A DNA stretch of 11,193 bases from Gemmatimonadaceae bacterium. GTDB taxonomy: Bacteria > Gemmatimonadota > Gemmatimonadetes > Gemmatimonadales > Gemmatimonadaceae. Positions 6,489-11,193 of this stretch are shown here, piece by piece. The stretch lies in the NCBI GenBank assembly GCA_040902005.1, contig JBBDYA010000126.1, positions 1-11,193 on the forward strand, read 5' to 3'. The first letter of the stretch is position 1, and the number at the start of each line of letters is the position of its first letter. Position numbers and translations under genes: made by a program. The notes beneath the pieces were generated by a model that was given only the letters and a program-made list of their open reading frames with translations, made no database searches and had not been told where the DNA came from.

Positions 6489-9197
6489 TTAGTCGGAGCG
6501 CAGCGCCACGTTGGGGTCCGCGCGCGCGGCCCGCAACGCCGGAATGGCGCTCGCGGCCAGCGCCGCCAGCAGCATTGCGGCGCCCACCGCGGCGTAGGTC
6601 GCCGGATCGGTTGCCGACAGCCGGAACAACAACGGCTGGACCCAGCGCGCCGCGACGAGGGAAAGCCCCAGCCCGATCGCGACGCCGGCCAGACCGAGCC
6701 GAACACCCTGCCCCACCACGAGCCGCACCACGTCCGCGGCGCGCGCTCCGAGCGCCACGCGTACGCCCAGCTCGTGCCGGCGCTGCGCGACGTCGTAGCT
6801 GATCACCCCATACAGCCCGACGATCGCGACGATCAGCGCCAGCCCGCCGAACGCGACGAACAGCGTGGCGCCCAGGCGCCACGAGCTGCTCTGGTCGTCC
6901 ACGACTTCCTGCATCGGACGCACGCCGACGAACCCGTCGCCCGGCATCGTGCGCGTGAGCTCGCGCCGCACGCGTTCCACCTCGCCGCGCGCGTCGGGCG
7001 CCGACATCCGCAGGAGCATCGTCGACACTTGCGCCACCTGCTCCACCGGCAGGTAGTACATGAACCGCGGGTCGTCATCGATGTTCTGCTGCGCGGTGTT
7101 CTCCGCGATGCCGACGACCGTCGTGCACGGCGTCTGGGGCGTGGGACTCGCCCCGAGACCGAAGCGCAGGCACCGCCCGATGGGCTCCGCGCCGGGCCAG
7201 AGGGCACGGCCCATCGCGTCGCTCACCACGGCCACGAGCGGCATGCCGGCGCGATCGGCATCGGTGAATGCGCGCCCGCGCAGCATCCGGATGCGCAGCA
7301 CGTTGAAGTAATCGGGCGACGCGATCTGCATGTTGAACCGGCCCAACGCCTCCACCGAATCGACGCCCTCCACCGCCAGGTACGCCGTGTTCGTGCCGAA
7401 CAGGCGACTGTTGACGCGCGCGGCGTACTGCACGCCGGGCAACCGTTGCGCGGCCTCGAGCAGCCGCCGTCGCGTGGAGACGCCGGCCGCGCTGTCCATC
7501 GCAAAGCCGCGGAAATCGGCGACCACCTCGAGCACGGGGCGCGCGTCGTAGCCAAGCGGCACAGACCTGGCGTTCCCGAAGCTGCGCACGAACAGCCCCG
7601 CTCCCACGAGCAACACCACCGACAGCGCGCCCTGGAGCACGAGCAGCGCCCCGCGCATACGCGACCGGTGACACGTGCCCCCGCCTTCCCGCGCGCCCGA
7701 CTTCAGTGTGGCGGCAAGGTCGGTGCGCGCGGCGAACAGCGCCGGTCCGAGCGTGGTCAGCACGATCGCGAGCCCCGCGCACGCCACCGCGACGCCGATG
7801 GTGCGCCAGTCGCCGGCCAGGTTGAATGAGGATCCCTCGGGGAGCAGCAAGGTCCGGATCGCGGCGCCGCCCCATTGCGCGACGACCAGCCCCGCGACGC
7901 AGCCAATGACCGCGAGCAGCATGCCTTCCGTGAGAAACTGGAAGACGAGGCGGCCGCGGCTCACGCCGAGCGCGAGCCGCACGGTGATCTCGCGCCGGCG
8001 ACGAATGACGCGCGCCAGCATGAGGTTGGCGACGTTGGCGCAGGCGATCAACAGCACAATGGCGGCGACGCCGCTCACCCAGAGCAGCACGCGCGCTTCC
8101 GGTCCGGCGTCGGGCCCTGCCGCCTGCTTCACCGGGCCGGCGATTGCGCGCGGACGCGCGATGGAGTCCGGGAGGACGCGTGGGTTGATCGCGCGAGCGG
8201 CCGCCCGGCTCCGGATGTAGGCCTGTGTCAGCTCGATCGACGCCGCCTCGGCGCTCACGCCTGGCTTGCGCCGCACCAGCACCTGCACCCAGTCCCAACT
8301 GTAGTCTCGCGTATAGGATTCGACGCTCCACGCGCCCAGGTGCGCGGGAATCGTCGTGAGCGGGACGAAGACATCAGGCGCGCCGCCGGGCGCGGTGCCG
8401 ACGAATCCCGGGGGCGCGACGCCGACGACGGTGTAATCGAGCGTGCCGACCTTCAGCGATCGGCCGATCACGTTTGCCGAGCCGAAATCGTCGCGCCAGA
8501 GCGCGTTGCTGATCACCACAACCGGCGTTTCGGATGGCGCGGCATCTTCGGCCGGGAAGAAGTAGCGGCCGAGCTGGGGCGGCGCGTCGAAGAAGTCGAA
8601 GAACGACGCGCTCACGCCGGCCACCTTGCGCACGCGCGACGCGTCGCCGCTGCCGACGGCGAAGCGCCATTCCGTGTGCCCCGCGACGTTGGCGATCGTG
8701 CCGGTCGCGGCGCTCAGGTCCAGGTAGCGCCGGTAGGGGAACACGGTGCTGGTGCTCGAGCGGCCGCGGTACGTGGCCTCGAGGTAGACGCGATGCACCT
8801 GGCCGGGATCGCGCAGATACGGATGGGGGCGAAACATCAGTCGGTCGATGACACCGAACATGGCGGCGTTCGCGCCGATGCCGAGCCCCAGCGTGAGAAT
8901 CACCGTCGCGGTGAAGCCACGCGAACGGCGGAGTCCGCGCACGGCATAGCGCACGTCCTGGACGAAGGACTCGATCAGCGGGAACCCCCAGTAGTCGCGG
9001 CTCTGCTCGCGGAAGGCCGTGACGTTGCCCACCTGGCGGCGCGCCGCCGTCCGCGCGTCGGCCGGGGCCATCCCGCCGTGTGCCAGGTCGCGCGCCAGCA
9101 ACTCCACGTGGGCGTCGAGATCTGCGGCCAGGTCGCGGTCCAGCTCCTCGCGCTGACGCCAGGCCGCGAGCCGACCAAGAATCTCGCGCAGCGTCAT
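6489..9197 (-). CDS. ADOP-family duplicated ABC permease with N-terminal permease-prefix domain, 902 aa
   Basis: N-terminal ELDRDLAADLDAHVELL...GMAPADARTAARRQVGN...QDVRYAVRGLRRSRGF prefix, then LGLGIGANAAMF, LLIACANVANLMLAR, GLYGVISYDVAQRRHELGVRVALGA and PALRAARADPNVALRSD. The start overlaps the padR stop (ATGA). Confidence 0.95.
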   Translation of the reverse strand: MTLREILGRLAAWRQREELDRDLAADLDAHVELLARDLAHGGMAPADARTAARRQVGNVTAFREQSRDYWGFPLIESFVQDVRYAVRGLRRSRGFTATVILTLGLGIGANAAMFGVIDRLMFRPHPYLRDPGQVHRVYLEATYRGRSSTSTVFPYRRYLDLSAATGTIANVAGHTEWRFAVGSGDASRVRKVAGVSASFFDFFDAPPQLGRYFFPAEDAAPSETPVVVISNALWRDDFGSANVIGRSLKVGTLDYTVVGVAPPGFVGTAPGGAPDVFVPLTTIPAHLGAWSVESYTRDYSWDWVQVLVRRKPGVSAEAASIELTQAYIRSRAAARAINPRVLPDSIARPRAIAGPVKQAAGPDAGPEARVLLWVSGVAAIVLLIACANVANLMLARVIRRRREITVRLALGVSRGRLVFQFLTEGMLLAVIGCVAGLVVAQWGGAAIRTLLLPEGSSFNLAGDWRTIGVAVACAGLAIVLTTLGPALFAARTDLAATLKSGAREGGGTCHRSRMRGALLVLQGALSVVLLVGAGLFVRSFGNARSVPLGYDARPVLEVVADFRGFAMDSAAGVSTRRRLLEAAQRLPGVQYAARVNSRLFGTNTAYLAVEGVDSVEALGRFNMQIASPDYFNVLRIRMLRGRAFTDADRAGMPLVAVVSDAMGRALWPGAEPIGRCLRFGLGASPTPQTPCTTVVGIAENTAQQNIDDDPRFMYYLPVEQVAQVSTMLLRMSAPDARGEVERVRRELTRTMPGDGFVGVRPMQEVVDDQSSSWRLGATLFVAFGGLALIVAIVGLYGVISYDVAQRRHELGVRVALGARAADVVRLVVGQGVRLGLAGVAIGLGLSLVAARWVQPLLFRLSATDPATYAAVGAAMLLAALAASAIPALRAARADPNVALRSD

Positions 9198-9532
9198 GAC
9201 TCGGCGCCGCGGAGCACGAGCGTGGTGGCGGTGATCGACCGCTGAAACGCCTTCTCCTCCGCGTTCAGCTGGCGTCTCCCGGACGCGGTGATTTTATAGT
9301 AGCGAGCCATGCGTCCCGTTGGGGTCTTCCGGGAGTCCGACGTCACCCAGCCCTTCACGTGCATTCGCTGGAGCGCCGGATACAGCGAGCCCTCCTCGAT
9401 GCGCAGCGCGTCTCCGGACAGGCGCCGGATGTTCTGCGCGATGCCGTAGCCGTGCAAAACGCCCATGGTGAGCGTCTTGAGGATGAGGAGGTCGAGTGTG
9501 CCCGCGAGCAGCGGGGTGGTGTCGTCGGCCAT
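9194..9532 (-). CDS. PadR-family transcriptional regulator (ADOP-associated type), 112 aa
   Basis: LLAGTLDLLILKTL...LHGYGIAQNIRRLSGDALRIEEGSLYPALQRM..KGWV...TGRMARYYKITASGRRQL is the PadR wHTH signature. ATG 9532 has GGAG 9 nt upstream; ATG 9547 is an alternative start. Confidence 0.95.
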   Translation of the reverse strand: MADDTTPLLAGTLDLLILKTLTMGVLHGYGIAQNIRRLSGDALRIEEGSLYPALQRMHVKGWVTSDSRKTPTGRMARYYKITASGRRQLNAEEKAFQRSITATTLVLRGAES

Positions 9533-9550
9533 GCCAGCGCGCTCCATACT

Positions 9551-9576
9551 TGTCACGTCTATGTATAGATCAGACA
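9551..9576. promoter_or_regulatory. 26-bp imperfect palindrome, candidate PadR operator
   Basis: TGTC-acg-TCTAT-gt-ATAGA-tca-GACA has 9 symmetric pairs. It is an AT-rich island 19-44 bp upstream of the padR ATG. Confidence 0.6.
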
Positions 9577-9705
9577 CCCTGGGCCCGGCAAGGGTTGGAG
9601 CCCCCTTCCGGCGGGGGTCCAGCATCAGGCGTTGACTTGAGGCCGGAAGGGCGTGTCGAACAAATCGGGGCAGGTGGTGGTACGGGTTGTGACAGCGAGG
9701 CACTC

Positions 9706-10224
9706 ATGGACTTCATGTGGCCGGCGCCTGTGGTCGCCGGCCCGGTCATCGCCCCGCTCGGCTACGCGCGGCCCACGGGTCCGCTGGTGATGCGGCTGCT
9801 GCCGGGGGGCAGCACGTTGAACGGCTGGCATCCGGTGCCGCGGGACGAAGCCGACGGTTTCGTGAGCGAAGAACGCAAGCGGTACGCGGAGGCCCGGTTG
9901 ATGGAACCCGCGGACGTCGCGGCTCGTGGGGGTGGCGCGTCGTTCACCACCGGGTGGCTGGGGAGGGGGCCATCCCGCGAGCAGCGCGCGCGCGACAGTA
10001 CGATCCATGCAGGCAATCTTCTCCGGCTTGCCGGGCTCGCCGCGCTCGCCGCGCGCGCCCAGGCTAAACGCGACTCGGTGCGCGCCGCGGACTCGCTGGC
10101 GAAGGACACGCTATCGCGAGCGTTCCCTCCGCCCTTCCGCGACCGCTGCCTCCCGGTGTCCGCTCTTCCCGCGACGGGCCCGCTGGCCAACGGTCGCTGC
10201 GATGCTAGATATTGTCACGCATGA
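9706..10224 (+). CDS. Hypothetical protein, 172 aa (doubtful; possibly degenerate)
   Basis: GAGG lies 5 nt before ATG 9706, and the stop overlaps the methyltransferase start (ATGA 10221-10224). The middle (GPSREQRARDSTIHAGNLLRLA...AQAKRDSVRAADSLAKD) looks helical and protein-like, while the last ~35 aa look like read-through. Confidence 0.45.
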   Translation: MDFMWPAPVVAGPVIAPLGYARPTGPLVMRLLPGGSTLNGWHPVPRDEADGFVSEERKRYAEARLMEPADVAARGGGASFTTGWLGRGPSREQRARDSTIHAGNLLRLAGLAALAARAQAKRDSVRAADSLAKDTLSRAFPPPFRDRCLPVSALPATGPLANGRCDARYCHA

Positions 10225-11180
10225 CCGCCATCCGGCCCGAGCTTCTGGAAATTCTCTGTTCGCCAGGTGACCACCTGCCGCTCACCGATGCCGGCGACCG
10301 GCTCACGGGACCGGATCGGAGGGGGCGGGCCTTTCCAGTCGTCGACGGCATTCCGGTCTTCGTCGATCCGGCGACGCTCGACAGCGAAAAGCTAAGCCTG
10401 CATCGATTCTACGAGAGCTATGGCTGGCGACGCGACCACAGCACGCGACTCTACAAGAGTCACGCGCGCTTTGGCTTCGGCAGTCCGGCCATGCTGACGC
10501 ACCGGCGACTCAGCAACCTGGCGCAGAAACGATGGTTCGATCCGCGCGGCCGATACTTCCTCGACTGCGCATCGGGCGCGATCCCGGCCGAGGAGTATCT
10601 CGAGTACTCGGCCGGTTACGATTTTCACGTCTGCGCCGACCTCACCCTCTCGGCGCTTGCCGGCGCGCGTGAGAAGCTGCGCGATCGCGGCCTGTACGTG
10701 AACTGCGACGCCACGGTACTTCCGTTTCAGGACGGCGTGTTCGACGCCATCCTGTGCTCCCACACGCTGTATCACATCCCGGCGGATCAGCAGCAGTCAT
10801 GCGTGCGGGAGTTTGCGCGCGTGCTCAAGCCGGGGCGCAAATGCATCATCTACTACAACGTCGGGCAGCATAGCCTGATCGGGCGCGCCGGTCGCCCGCT
10901 GGTCTGGCTGAAACGCGCAACCACCAGGCTCCGCAAGCATCCGCCCATCTACTCGCATCACTATCCGCGAGAGTGGTTCGAGCAGTTCAGGCCTCTCTTC
11001 CGGAGCATCGAATTCCACGTATACCGGCTGCTTCCCAACCAGGTGATGAAGTACGCGTTTCCAAATGCTCCCGGCATCAATACGCTTGGCCGCGCGTGCG
11101 CCCAGCGGCTGCACCAGTTCGAAAGCGCCGATCGAATGCTCGGCGCCGCGCAGTACCTGACGGTTGTCATGACACGATAG
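10221..11180 (+). CDS. Class I SAM-dependent methyltransferase (Methyltransf_11-like) with N-terminal Trm112/YcaR-like domain, 319 aa
   Basis: N-terminus ELLEILCSPGDHLPL...RAFPVVDGIPVF is Trm112-like. Motif I variant FLDCASGA, acidic CADLT, and NCDATVLPFQDGVFDAILCSHTLYHIP...EFARVLKPG follow. Confidence 0.88.
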   Translation: MTAIRPELLEILCSPGDHLPLTDAGDRLTGPDRRGRAFPVVDGIPVFVDPATLDSEKLSLHRFYESYGWRRDHSTRLYKSHARFGFGSPAMLTHRRLSNLAQKRWFDPRGRYFLDCASGAIPAEEYLEYSAGYDFHVCADLTLSALAGAREKLRDRGLYVNCDATVLPFQDGVFDAILCSHTLYHIPADQQQSCVREFARVLKPGRKCIIYYNVGQHSLIGRAGRPLVWLKRATTRLRKHPPIYSHHYPREWFEQFRPLFRSIEFHVYRLLPNQVMKYAFPNAPGINTLGRACAQRLHQFESADRMLGAAQYLTVVMTR

Positions 11181-11193
11181 ATGCGAACGAGAC

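Noticed and set aside
4437..9245. Long plus-strand ORFs (4437-5321, 5334-6401, 6471-7829, 7875-9245) and other alternate-frame ORFs such as 2673-3794 on the minus strand
   Set aside because: They are antisense or frame-shifted shadows of well-supported genes, expected in high-GC DNA. They are R/A/H-rich with no recognisable motifs.
9600..9640. Hammerhead ribozyme (minus-strand CTGATG)
   Set aside because: The core needs CUGANGA and a GAAA partner. The sequence reads CTGATGC and has no matching GAAA.
9632..9660. TTGACT as a sigma70 -35 element for the 9706 ORF
   Set aside because: No acceptable -10 hexamer lies 16-18 nt downstream.
9548..9703. N-terminal extension of PadR (169-aa ORF)
   Set aside because: The PadR fold starts near ATG 9532, which has a GGAG site. 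The extension crosses the operator and intergenic DNA.
10183..10200. Sigma-54 promoter (TGGC...TGC) before the methyltransferase
   Set aside because: The GG-to-GC spacing is not the required 10 nt.

Overview
GC-rich bacterial chromosomal window. The PadR + ADOP-type permease cluster points to Gemmatimonadota or Acidobacteriota (inference from gene content only). Plus strand, 1-3857: the 3' end of a NarL/LuxR-type response regulator, a stand-alone receiver-domain protein, and a translationally coupled ~1108-aa surface lipoprotein. The lipoprotein has a lipobox, an Asn/Gly-rich beta-helix-like region, one FN3/Ig-like domain, six Cys-paired Ig-like repeats (two form a recent 237-bp tandem duplication) and a FIMAH-like helical tail. 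Minus strand, 9532-3879: a PadR regulator with a palindromic operator candidate, followed by two ADOP-family (duplicated MacB/FtsX) permeases; no ATPase gene lies in the window. Plus strand, 9706-11180: a doubtful hypothetical ORF and a Trm112-like/class I SAM methyltransferase fusion. I found no RNA genes, mobile elements or CRISPR arrays. No clearly novel system is proven. The best leads are the two-component-linked modular lipoprotein, the PadR/ADOP regulatory DNA, and a structured intergenic segment at 9573-9657.
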